Shown one piece after another: positions 54,955 through 64,000 of a DNA stretch of 64,000 bases (the first letter of the stretch is position 1; each line of letters begins with the position of its first letter). Both the position numbers and the translations under genes were made by a program. Source of the stretch: an uncultured Alphaproteobacteria bacterium (GTDB taxonomy: Bacteria > Pseudomonadota > Alphaproteobacteria > Rs-D84); contig CALXML010000003.1 of assembly GCA_944389465.1 (NCBI GenBank), forward strand, positions 20,369 through 84,368, given 5' to 3'. The notes below the pieces were generated by a model. The model saw only the letters and a program-made list of their open reading frames with translations. It searched no databases and was not told where the DNA came from.

Positions 54955-57366
54955 TTACTTTACAACACTGAAATTTATACTGGTTGCCATGCCCATTTCG
55001 TCCATTATACGAACGGTGTGGTCGCCCAGTTTTACCGGATGCATTAATGTTTGGCCAGATAAGGTTGTGCCAATCATATCATTATCCAGAAACCAAAATA
55101 TTTTGGCATCCGTCATATCAGATACTGCACGAAATGCAATTTGCTGAACGGATTTATCTGAAATTATAACAGTACGTGTGTCCGCCATGGGGGATGTAAT
55201 GATTGGTGGGGTTCTGGTGGGGGCGATTTCATCCAAATCGCATCCTGCCATAAATGGGGGTGGGGTGTTACGTTTAATGCCAGCACGACGAAACATATCC
55301 AGATATTCTGCGTCCCAAAATTCATATACTGCCATATGTGTTGTTGCGGGGTCGTTTGTGCATGCGCGCAGGCCTGTTTTGTTATCAATTGGTATTGCGC
55401 GATAAACAGACGATGTTTCAATTGGCGATTTTGCAGGAATAAAATATGCGTATGTTGTTTTAGGACAATATTTACCGGCCAATCCGCCGACTTCGTCACA
55501 CATTTCTATTTCCGATATATTCATATCGTCGCGCAGGAAATTATTATTTTTTATTGGCGTGGCGCGTGTTGCATAATATTTTTCAACAGTGCGGGCCAAC
55601 GAAAAATATATTGGTGCAGCGGTGCGTGCACCACTGAATGCGTTATTTGGTGTGCCATCAAAATTGCCAACCCATACGATTAATACGAAATCACCAAATA
55701 TACCCGCCGTCCATGCATCACGGAAAGATGAAGACGTTCCTGTTTTCCAATAGTGGCGCAGGGTTGAATTTTGTTCTTTGGCAAAAGGTATGTTTTTTGT
55801 TGGTGTGGATTGATGGGCCAACATATCCAGTGTTATAAAGAATGCCTCGGGCGTCAGAATTTGTTGACCGGCTGATTGTTCGGACTGAATTTCTGTTTTT
55901 ATATCGTATTTCATACCCAGATTTGCCATTGTTGTATAAATGCCGGCCAATTCAAGCATTGATACCTCGGCCCCGCCCAGTGCGATAGAAATACCGTAAT
56001 AATCGGGGGATTTCAGATTTGATACGCCGATGTCAGATAAAATTTTATAAAAATTTTTAGTGCCTATTTTGCGCAATAAATTTATTGCAGGGATATTGCG
56101 TGATAATGTTAATGCATTGCGCGCCAATATCGGGCCAAAAAATTCACTGTCGGAATTTTCAGGGGCGTATACACCGAAATTGATTTTAGAATCTTTTAAC
56201 AATGTCATACTGTGGATATATCCCATATCAACGGCCGTGGCATATATTAATGGTTTCAGTGTTGATGCGGGACTGCGACGTGCGCGCACACCGTCGTTTT
56301 CACCAAAAATTGTTTTATCAAAATAGTCCGCTGAACCGATATAAGCCAATGTTTCCATTGTTTTGTAATTAACCAATATGGCGGCTGCATTATTTATGCC
56401 ATATGCGCGGCGGTTGTTTATTTCCTGTGTCAGGGTGTGCATCATTGCGTTTTGCAAATTTATATCCAGTGTGGTTGTAACCAGCGACGAGTGCGCCCCC
56501 ATATCATTCCAATAATTATCTTGATTTGATATTTCATAATTTACAAAGTGGGGCGCATTAAATGGCAAATCGCGTGTTGTTTGTACATGTAATGGCATTT
56601 CTGATAATTGCAGCAATTCTGTATCAGATGGATTTTCTGTAACCCAGCGGCGGACTAAATCACTGCGCATATTCATTATATTTTGCAGACCTGTTTCGGT
56701 ATTCAGACCGCGTTTTATGGGATTTTGCGGTACAGTTGCCAATGTTATTGATTCTATTTTATTTAATTCAGATGCCGGTTTATTAAAGTATATTAATGCC
56801 GCCGCACCAATACTTTCAATGTTGCCACCGTATGGTGCCAGATTCAGGTATGCTTCCAGAATATCGTTTTTAGAATAAAACATATCCAGATAAATTGCCG
56901 CGGCAATTTGTAACAGTTTGCCCCCAATTTGTTGGGTGTTTAAATTGTATTTCAGGCGTGCAACCTGCATTGTGATTGTTGATGCGCCAGCGGGGTGGGG
57001 TGTGCCAATAAAATAGTTAATTGTTGCGCGGGCCAGTGATATCGGATTCACGCCAAAGTGATATTTGAAATATTTATCTTCGTATAAAATGGTTGCACGT
57101 TGAATATATTCACTGATTTCAGACAGGGGGGTATATAACCTATATTTATCATCGGCGGATAATGTTATACGCAGCAATTGCCCATTGCGGTCAAAATAGG
57201 CACGGCCAAAATGAACATCGTTTAATAATGGTGGACAACAGAATAACTTGATTGTCGTATATAATAAAATCAATATCAGTAAAATTCCGTATAAAATCCT
57301 GTGGCGGCGCAAATGCGTCGCCACTGGTTTGAATGTTTGATAAATTTTACTGTTTTGTTGACTCAT
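54955..57366 (-). CDS. pbpC: Penicillin-binding protein 1C (bifunctional transglycosylase / transpeptidase-like)
   Basis: N-terminal TM helix; GT51 motifs (EDKYFKYHFGVNP, ...GASTITMQVAR); SxxK (ASTLKP) and KTGT; a C-terminal PBP1C-type extra domain; pairing with the A2M gene. Confidence 0.88.
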   Translation of the reverse strand: MSQQNSKIYQTFKPVATHLRRHRILYGILLILILLYTTIKLFCCPPLLNDVHFGRAYFDRNGQLLRITLSADDKYRLYTPLSEISEYIQRATILYEDKYFKYHFGVNPISLARATINYFIGTPHPAGASTITMQVARLKYNLNTQQIGGKLLQIAAAIYLDMFYSKNDILEAYLNLAPYGGNIESIGAAALIYFNKPASELNKIESITLATVPQNPIKRGLNTETGLQNIMNMRSDLVRRWVTENPSDTELLQLSEMPLHVQTTRDLPFNAPHFVNYEISNQDNYWNDMGAHSSLVTTTLDINLQNAMMHTLTQEINNRRAYGINNAAAILVNYKTMETLAYIGSADYFDKTIFGENDGVRARRSPASTLKPLIYATAVDMGYIHSMTLLKDSKINFGVYAPENSDSEFFGPILARNALTLSRNIPAINLLRKIGTKNFYKILSDIGVSNLKSPDYYGISIALGGAEVSMLELAGIYTTMANLGMKYDIKTEIQSEQSAGQQILTPEAFFITLDMLAHQSTPTKNIPFAKEQNSTLRHYWKTGTSSSFRDAWTAGIFGDFVLIVWVGNFDGTPNNAFSGARTAAPIYFSLARTVEKYYATRATPIKNNNFLRDDMNISEIEMCDEVGGLAGKYCPKTTYAYFIPAKSPIETSSVYRAIPIDNKTGLRACTNDPATTHMAVYEFWDAEYLDMFRRAGIKRNTPPPFMAGCDLDEIAPTRTPPIITSPMADTRTVIISDKSVQQIAFRAVSDMTDAKIFWFLDNDMIGTTLSGQTLMHPVKLGDHTVRIMDEMGMATSINFSVVK

Positions 57367-60300
57367 TTATTACTGTAAATGTATCGGTGTCGCCGGTCGC
57401 AGAAATTTGTGGATTGTACATAGATTCTGCATGAATGGCCGGAACTATAAATTGCCCAGCGGTGCCGACCTGTGCAGTATATGTAAACACACTGTCGTCA
57501 CGTGTCAGGTTGGCGTATATTATTATTCTGTCGTCCAGAACTGTTGCGAAATTCATATCACCGGTAATGGAATCCGTATTTGGAATAAATCCACAAGGTA
57601 ATAAATCTGTGATTGCAACATTTTCTGCAAAATCCGTGTCGGATTTTGTGCGGGCAAATATTTTGACCGTAACTGTGTCGCCCAGATTTGCGGTTGTTAT
57701 TCTGTTGCCGGTGGCATCATAATATTCGCGTACAATATCCAGCCCGTTTGATTGTTCGTGTGTTTCGGTTGGGTATCCCTGTTGCAGGAATGTATAATAT
57801 AACATATTATCGTTGCTGCAGTTTTTGCACTGTATATCTATACGGGTTGCGTCCGCGGGTATTGTTGTGCTGATGCCAGATTTATTTTCTGTGGCGGTTA
57901 TGGGTGTTTTTGAATCAGTTGTTATTTGAATGTCTGATAAATCTGAATCTGATTTTATATCAGACAGGGCCATAATTATCGTGGCCGATGGATAAGAACT
58001 GTATTGTCCAGACTGAATATATTTTGTGATAGTGGATGATTCAGTTGGGCTTAATGCAGAAAAGTATTTGTTATGCAAATAATAATACATTGCATCATTT
58101 GATACATTGTTATTAAACATTCCCGCATATTCAAATTTATCAGATTTAGATGTTTGGTATTTTGAAATTAAATCGCGTGCCAAATCGTCCTGTTTCATAA
58201 TTTTGTATGCCGATGCAATGTATGCGCCCATTAATGAATGTTGCCAATTTTTTATATTTTCGTTGGCGTATTGGGTGAAAGAATCTATATAACTGGTGGT
58301 TACATAATCATTGCTGGAAATAACATATATTGCATATGCCATTGCAGATGCGTACGCGTCATCGGTAATTGTACCGCCAACAAATGTGCGCAGGTAATCA
58401 ATCGCGCGCGATAACATTTCGTTTGGAACGTTAAAGCCTGATTCGCGGGCGATTGTCAAAAATTGCGCAACGTATGCTGTTAAATAAGCGGTGTTTATAT
58501 CGTTTTGATTGTTGTATGATGTTGAACCGCCCGTCCACATTGCGAATGAACCATCATAATTTTGGCGATTGCGCAGTGTGTTAATGGTGTCTGATATTTG
58601 TTTATTGGCACTGTTGAAATTTACACCAATAATTTCACTGTCTGATATTACCGCATATGGCATTGCGCGTGATATCAATTGTTCTGTGCATGGATATTCA
58701 TAATGTGCCAAATATTCAAACAGGGGTAATATTAATGCGCCGGCATTACGTGTGATATATAATGTACGTGTTGCATATTCCGGATACATATCAATTTTAA
58801 AATCTGATATTTTGGTGTTTTTTGAATCTAATACATCTGAAATTATATTCGTTTCAAATACAGATGCCGGCCGAACAGACAATGTTGTATGATTCGTACG
58901 TGATACGTTTGGGGTATTATCAGATGTTAATTGTGCATTCAAAATAAATTCTGCATTCCCCAATGTTGATGTGGCGTGCGCATCAAATGTGAACAGTTTT
59001 TCTGTATCCTGTGGAATTACTGATTGGGCAGATGTGTCCCCAGTAATTTTAATTCCGTCATTTGTTGTGGTGGATATATTAACTGTTGCATTTGCACCAC
59101 TGTTTTCAGTCAAATTTGTTAATACTGAATTTATTGTAAATTTATCGTTTGGTGCGGCAAACAATGGTGCAGATGTTGAAATAACAATTGGCGATTGTAC
59201 CAATGTTTTTGTATCTGCACTGCCAATGGCATTGGTGTTTGCAGCAACAGCAAACACACTGATTTCACCATTAAAATATTCAGGAATATCAAATGTTATG
59301 GTGTTTGTTTTTCCCGCGGTGGCGGTCAGTATTTGTGAATAGAATGCAACAGGGGTCTGTGTTTTGCGGCCAAATGGGTTACGTAAAATTGTGTTTAATC
59401 CGCCGTCACCAGCGAAATCGCCGCCGCCTGTTTTGGCGTATTGCTGCAGGATATTATATTCTGGTAACAACAGGGATAAAATTTGATATGTGTTTACCTG
59501 CAGTGCGGCTTTCTGGAAAAAGTGTGCCAACGGATTAGGAATTTGGTATTTCGCAACCTGTAATATCCCCGAATCCACGGCAAAAATCATTATTCTGGCA
59601 TTTTTGTCAGTTGTGTATTTGATTGACAGTTTATTATCGCGCACAATATCTGGAACATCCAGTTTTACTGATATATTACGTGCAGATAAATCCGCAGAAA
59701 ATGGTGCAACAGCATATGCGTATGGTGTGGTAAATATATCGGGACTGTTAATGTTTCTGACAAAAGATACGTTGACGTATCCCGTACCTTCAAATCCATC
59801 AGGTACAGTTATGTGTTGTACAGTTGTTGTGGATTTTGCATTAAACCATTTGTATGCATATACTTTATCGCGTTCAATTGTTATTAATCCTGCGCCAGTA
59901 TACGGGGTGGTTATGCTGATTTCTATGTCGTCACCGGCGGCATATTCATCTGAATCCAGTTTGATTTGTAAATCTGCATTTGTATCAGTTTGCAATGTGG
60001 TGTTTGCGGTGCCGGAAATAAAGTATTGCGCGCTGGATAAAATTTTATCTGATGCGTCCAGTATTTGCACGATATATGTTCCACCGTTGGTTGTATCCAG
60101 TGTTATACTTGTGCCGTTTTCTGAAATATTTATTTGACGCTGGGATATAATTTTATCGTGTGTGGTTGTTTGATATTTATAGAAATTATTATAATCTTTG
60201 ACCAATGTGGTTTGGTTTTCACGCCGCATTACACGCAGTGTTAAATTGTCAATGGCAATTGCGTTTGCAGTGTGGTCAACGGCAATAAAGTTTATTTTAC

Positions 60301-63139
60301 GGTTGGTGTCGCGCTTTATATAAGATAAATCGCCATCTGCACGCCAACCTATTAAATATTTTGCATCTGATGCGCGTGCAGTAATGTTTGTTTGTACACT
60401 TTTGCCGCCATTTGATTCAAATCCATGCACATTAAGAACCAATTTATATGTGCCCGATGGAATTGGGGTATCAAATTTTATGTCCAGTGTGGCGTTGCCG
60501 GTGGCGTCTGTGTATTCCGTTGGTAATTCAACAGAATAAGTTTGGGTGCTGGTTGCCATATTATCAGACAGTCCCGTGCCGGATATAAAGTTTGGTGTAA
60601 ATTCATATTCACTGAATTTATTAAAAGAATACTGGGTTGGTATTAATGTTGCAGTGGCCGATATTTTATTGTTCGTTGCCGGTGTGCCAAATAAATTACG
60701 TAATGAAACGTGGGCCGTTAAATTATCTGGTGCAATCCATCCGTTGTCAGATGCGCCGGAAATATTGGCAGATATTTTTAATGTGTCTGGGACAAATTCT
60801 TGGACATCAAAGGTTGTCGTGCCCAGCATATCAGATAATTTATCATTTGATGTTAATGAATATAAATATGCGTTCCAACTGCCCAATGCGGCATCTGTTG
60901 GTATATTATATGTTACATCAAACATCCCATCTGCTGTCAGTGAAAATGTTTTTTCCAATGCCGTGTGGCCACGTGAATCGTATACTTGTAATCTGACTGG
61001 GATACCGGCCAATGATTTAAATGATTTATTTTTGACTATGCCGGCCAGTGTTATTGTTTCATTTGGGCGGTATATGCCACGGTCTGAAAATATAAATGCG
61101 TTTAATGGTGTTGATGCATATGAATATACCCCATCAATGTCAAATTTAGAATATTCAACCTGTTGGTTATATGAATTATATGGAATAAATGATACGTCAT
61201 TGCCACGACGTGCAACAATGGCAACCGGTTCACGTGCGTTGTTATATTCAGACCATGGCAAAGACGGAATTTCTGCATGTCCGTCTGTATCAGTGCGACC
61301 GGCCCAGACAGCGTTTCCATTACGTCCCAATACAGATATTTCAACATCTGATGCGGGGGTGCCGGTGCTTAAATTTGATATAAATACATCAGATGAATTG
61401 TCTGTGTTTACTTTGCGTATAATGCCCATATCTGTTAATAAAATCAGGCGTTTGTCATTAAATTCTGTTGCGCTTTCAGATGTGCCCGTTTGGATTATAA
61501 ATATTCCAGTGTTGTCGCCATATGTTCTGTCCAGATAGTCACCTAAATCAACGGATGCATAATTGGCGCGTTTGATGGATGGGTTTACAAAAGAAATTTT
61601 CTTTTGAAATACAACCGACATATCATATACGCCAAATGCCCATGACTTAAATTCCATATTTGATGCAAACACATTATATGTTTGTGATATTAAGTGATTT
61701 ATTTCAGATGATTTTACTTTGTATAAATTTACATATGCCGTATCAACACCACCATGGGCAACAATGCCCAGTTCACGATTCCCCGCCAAAGATAATAATG
61801 CGCCAGTGCCTGCAATTTCAACAGATTTTGTTGGATATGGCACGCGCATAACGGATGCAAAGCCATTTTTCATTGTGAAATCGTTTGCTGATTGTGCGCC
61901 GGATTTTAAATCTGCATATATATAACGTACATCACCATCAGATACGTCATAAGAGATTGCATATTGATACATGCCGTTTGGGGCGGATATGTCCTGTTGC
62001 TGGATGGTTAATGTTTCTGATTTTGATAAAACTGTGTCTGTTATTTCGTCGTTGGCCCATTTGTGAATGGTGTTGTTTTCCTGTTCTGTATCTGTGCGAT
62101 ATTTGGGTAATAAATACAGTGTTAAATATTTTGTCCAATCTGTATTATTTGCAGCGGCAGATGTGGTATTTATTAATATCAACTGTTGTGCATTGCCGCC
62201 GGTATCGGTGGCAATTGTTGTTTCAACAGATGATATCTTGAATATATTATCTGCTGATTCAATTGTTAAATTTCCTGTTATTTTTTCTGTTTTTGAATCG
62301 CCATACAGGGCAGGGATATGATTTAATTTCAGTCTGATTACCTGTGCCGTATTTGTTATCTTTATCGGTTCTGAAATTATAAACGCCGTGCGATGAAATT
62401 TATCAAATCTTACATCAAAATTCAGTTTATCGTCGTCCAGTTTTACAGATACTTTATCTGCAAAATTTTCCGTATTAATTTCGTAATCAAAAGATATTAC
62501 CGCAATACCAATAACTGATTGTTTATCATTTTGCGCGGGGTATAAATTAAAGTTTTCCAATTTGCCGGTTATGTCGGGTGTTTTAAAAGTTATGCGTTTT
62601 GTATCTGGGCTAACATCTGGGTTAAAAATTTCAGGGTTTATTTTTACCGTAAATTTGGTTCCCGCCGGCCATGCGTCATCGGGGGTAAATGTAAGTGTAT
62701 CATTACCATATAAATACCAATTTCCACGTACAAATGGTGTGATTTTTATATTTTTTGCCACATCATTATTGGTTAAATTCATTTTAAAAGCCGGCGCATA
62801 ATCACCAGATTCCACATTATATGAAATTGTCAGGTTGGATGGTGATTGCAAATTTCGTGCATTATTTGGTTCTGGCAAACTGGTTGGGGTTACAAAAAAC
62901 ATATTGTTGTTATCTGTAAATTGCGCAGATGTTGGGGCAGATACAGTTGTTGTTAATTGTGTTTTACCGTTGTGATGTGTGCCAATAATAAAAAATGCCA
63001 GTATAATCAATGCAATTGTTACAATTGCCGCACCAATCCAAAACAGTTTTTTATGTGATGATTTTTGCAGCCATTTACAACAAGATTTACGTGTTTTATG
63101 TGACTGTTTCTGTTTTTTTGATTGTTGTTTGTGCTGCAT
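57347..63139 (-). CDS. Bacterial alpha-2-macroglobulin (YfhM-like), 1930 aa, TM-anchored
   Basis: Thioester motif CTEQ (YEYPCTEQLISR). Giant multi-domain size. The stop overlaps the pbpC start by 20 nt. The N-terminus is a basic stretch plus one TM helix rather than a lipobox. Confidence 0.88.
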   Translation of the reverse strand: MQHKQQSKKQKQSHKTRKSCCKWLQKSSHKKLFWIGAAIVTIALIILAFFIIGTHHNGKTQLTTTVSAPTSAQFTDNNNMFFVTPTSLPEPNNARNLQSPSNLTISYNVESGDYAPAFKMNLTNNDVAKNIKITPFVRGNWYLYGNDTLTFTPDDAWPAGTKFTVKINPEIFNPDVSPDTKRITFKTPDITGKLENFNLYPAQNDKQSVIGIAVISFDYEINTENFADKVSVKLDDDKLNFDVRFDKFHRTAFIISEPIKITNTAQVIRLKLNHIPALYGDSKTEKITGNLTIESADNIFKISSVETTIATDTGGNAQQLILINTTSAAANNTDWTKYLTLYLLPKYRTDTEQENNTIHKWANDEITDTVLSKSETLTIQQQDISAPNGMYQYAISYDVSDGDVRYIYADLKSGAQSANDFTMKNGFASVMRVPYPTKSVEIAGTGALLSLAGNRELGIVAHGGVDTAYVNLYKVKSSEINHLISQTYNVFASNMEFKSWAFGVYDMSVVFQKKISFVNPSIKRANYASVDLGDYLDRTYGDNTGIFIIQTGTSESATEFNDKRLILLTDMGIIRKVNTDNSSDVFISNLSTGTPASDVEISVLGRNGNAVWAGRTDTDGHAEIPSLPWSEYNNAREPVAIVARRGNDVSFIPYNSYNQQVEYSKFDIDGVYSYASTPLNAFIFSDRGIYRPNETITLAGIVKNKSFKSLAGIPVRLQVYDSRGHTALEKTFSLTADGMFDVTYNIPTDAALGSWNAYLYSLTSNDKLSDMLGTTTFDVQEFVPDTLKISANISGASDNGWIAPDNLTAHVSLRNLFGTPATNNKISATATLIPTQYSFNKFSEYEFTPNFISGTGLSDNMATSTQTYSVELPTEYTDATGNATLDIKFDTPIPSGTYKLVLNVHGFESNGGKSVQTNITARASDAKYLIGWRADGDLSYIKRDTNRKINFIAVDHTANAIAIDNLTLRVMRRENQTTLVKDYNNFYKYQTTTHDKIISQRQINISENGTSITLDTTNGGTYIVQILDASDKILSSAQYFISGTANTTLQTDTNADLQIKLDSDEYAAGDDIEISITTPYTGAGLITIERDKVYAYKWFNAKSTTTVQHITVPDGFEGTGYVNVSFVRNINSPDIFTTPYAYAVAPFSADLSARNISVKLDVPDIVRDNKLSIKYTTDKNARIMIFAVDSGILQVAKYQIPNPLAHFFQKAALQVNTYQILSLLLPEYNILQQYAKTGGGDFAGDGGLNTILRNPFGRKTQTPVAFYSQILTATAGKTNTITFDIPEYFNGEISVFAVAANTNAIGSADTKTLVQSPIVISTSAPLFAAPNDKFTINSVLTNLTENSGANATVNISTTTNDGIKITGDTSAQSVIPQDTEKLFTFDAHATSTLGNAEFILNAQLTSDNTPNVSRTNHTTLSVRPASVFETNIISDVLDSKNTKISDFKIDMYPEYATRTLYITRNAGALILPLFEYLAHYEYPCTEQLISRAMPYAVISDSEIIGVNFNSANKQISDTINTLRNRQNYDGSFAMWTGGSTSYNNQNDINTAYLTAYVAQFLTIARESGFNVPNEMLSRAIDYLRTFVGGTITDDAYASAMAYAIYVISSNDYVTTSYIDSFTQYANENIKNWQHSLMGAYIASAYKIMKQDDLARDLISKYQTSKSDKFEYAGMFNNNVSNDAMYYYLHNKYFSALSPTESSTITKYIQSGQYSSYPSATIIMALSDIKSDSDLSDIQITTDSKTPITATENKSGISTTIPADATRIDIQCKNCSNDNMLYYTFLQQGYPTETHEQSNGLDIVREYYDATGNRITTANLGDTVTVKIFARTKSDTDFAENVAITDLLPCGFIPNTDSITGDMNFATVLDDRIIIYANLTRDDSVFTYTAQVGTAGQFIVPAIHAESMYNPQISATGDTDTFTVINESTKQ

Positions 63140-63313
63140 AAAATACCCCTTCCTTGGACATACTGTATATTAGATGTGAAATTCAGAAAAGACAAGATAA
63201 TAATTATTTTTTTTACTGTGAATATTTTTCCTTTTAGGATTTTTGTCATACGTGCGGCGGGGCGCATTTGTCGCAGAGAGACGCGTATTTGCCAAAACTT
63301 AAAGGAGTATGTT

Positions 63314-63946
63314 GTGATATATGGCTATATACGTGTGTCAACAGACCACCAGACAACAGAAAATCAAAGATTTGAAATTCAAAAATTTTGCGAAAAGCAA
63401 GAACTGGTAATAGACTGTTGGATAGAAGAAACCATTTCCGCCACCAAAGATTTAAATAAAAGAAAATTGGGACGGTTAATAAAAAGAATACAAAAAGATG
63501 ATTTAATAATCGCGTCCGAGTTATCACGACTTGGGCGTAATTTATTACAAATTATGAGTATTTTGCATCACTGTATGAACATAGGTGCACGAATTTGGAC
63601 GATAAAAGATAATTATCGTTTGGGTTCTGATATTACCAGCAAAGTGTTGGCGTTTGCGTTTGGGTTGTCTGCAGAAATTGAACGAAACTTGATTTCACAG
63701 CGTACCAAGGAAGCATTGGCCCGTGTCAAGGCCGAAGGTAAACGTGTCGGTCGCCCACAGGGCAGTAAAAATGTTTCTAAATTGGCTGGTAAAGAAAAAT
63801 ATATCAGTCAAAGATTGGCCGACGGCAGAAAGAAAAAAGAAATCGCACGCAGATTACATGTTCATCGCGATACGTTAAGCAGATTTATAGACAGCAGGGG
63901 TTTAAATGTTCCCAAGGATTGTTTTGATGATAATGGTGATTGCTAA
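63314..63946 (+). CDS. Serine recombinase (resolvase/invertase family)
   Basis: GTG start with RBS AAGGAG. VIYGYIRVSTDHQ (catalytic Ser); ...ASELSRLGRN...; C-terminal HTH (KKEIARRLHVHRDTLSRF). Confidence 0.85.
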   Translation: MIYGYIRVSTDHQTTENQRFEIQKFCEKQELVIDCWIEETISATKDLNKRKLGRLIKRIQKDDLIIASELSRLGRNLLQIMSILHHCMNIGARIWTIKDNYRLGSDITSKVLAFAFGLSAEIERNLISQRTKEALARVKAEGKRVGRPQGSKNVSKLAGKEKYISQRLADGRKKKEIARRLHVHRDTLSRFIDSRGLNVPKDCFDDNGDC

Positions 63947-64000
63947 AAAACTGTGCGACCGCGGGCCAGAATGTAAAATTCGTCTGTTCCGTATGGGTTA

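Noticed and set aside
63140-63313. Invertible promoter between the serine recombinase and the A2M operon
   Set aside because: I could not find convincing inverted repeats flanking the 174-bp region or matching sequence after the recombinase gene. The window ends at 64000, so this remains untestable here.

Overview
This is an AT-rich chromosomal window. I infer it comes from an uncultivated, host-associated alphaproteobacterium, based on a CcrM-type N6-adenine methyltransferase, rpsF-rpsR-rplI without priB, an L9 C-terminal extension and NrdR. Ordinary housekeeping genes are present: infA, recO, rplI/rpsR/rpsF, pgk, rnhB, slt, nrdR, ccrM, clpP, clpX, rpmB, clpB, rpsU, polA, pth, an MsbA-like ABC exporter, pbpC plus an alpha-2-macroglobulin, and 3 tRNAs. 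They are interleaved with an unusually large set of secreted cysteine-rich proteins that I cannot assign to any characterised family. (1) Four giant paralogs of 726-1087 aa share a C-x-x-x-Y-x-x-C-M-D-[QE]-F-C core. (2) Three copies plus one decayed copy exist of a two-gene cassette, P1 (KYCWCKM motif) and P2 (SCIMYAP motif). (3) Several proteins carry GYY/CxxC repeats like those of ephrin receptors or Giardia VSPs, and some share a C-terminal '...CY[IV]...CYY' module. The most interesting signal is non-coding. A ~170-200 nt 5' leader occurs five times, each copy with its own sigma70-like promoter. It forms multiple helices supported by compensatory base changes and ends in a terminator/antiterminator arrangement. 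It sits upstream of all three P1/P2 cassettes and of two small XRE-family regulators. It looks like an undescribed riboswitch-like or attenuator regulon. Other oddities: a second conserved leader type (2 copies); a tRNA-Leu with a genomically encoded A34 (AAG) anticodon, preceded by tandem 57-bp repeats that each carry the first 14 nt of that tRNA (13 nt in the divergent upstream units); a ClpB that natively lacks its N-domain; a LicD/TarI/SDR operon fused to a Cys-rich secreted-protein gene; and a serine recombinase at the window edge. No CRISPR array, rRNA or prophage was seen.
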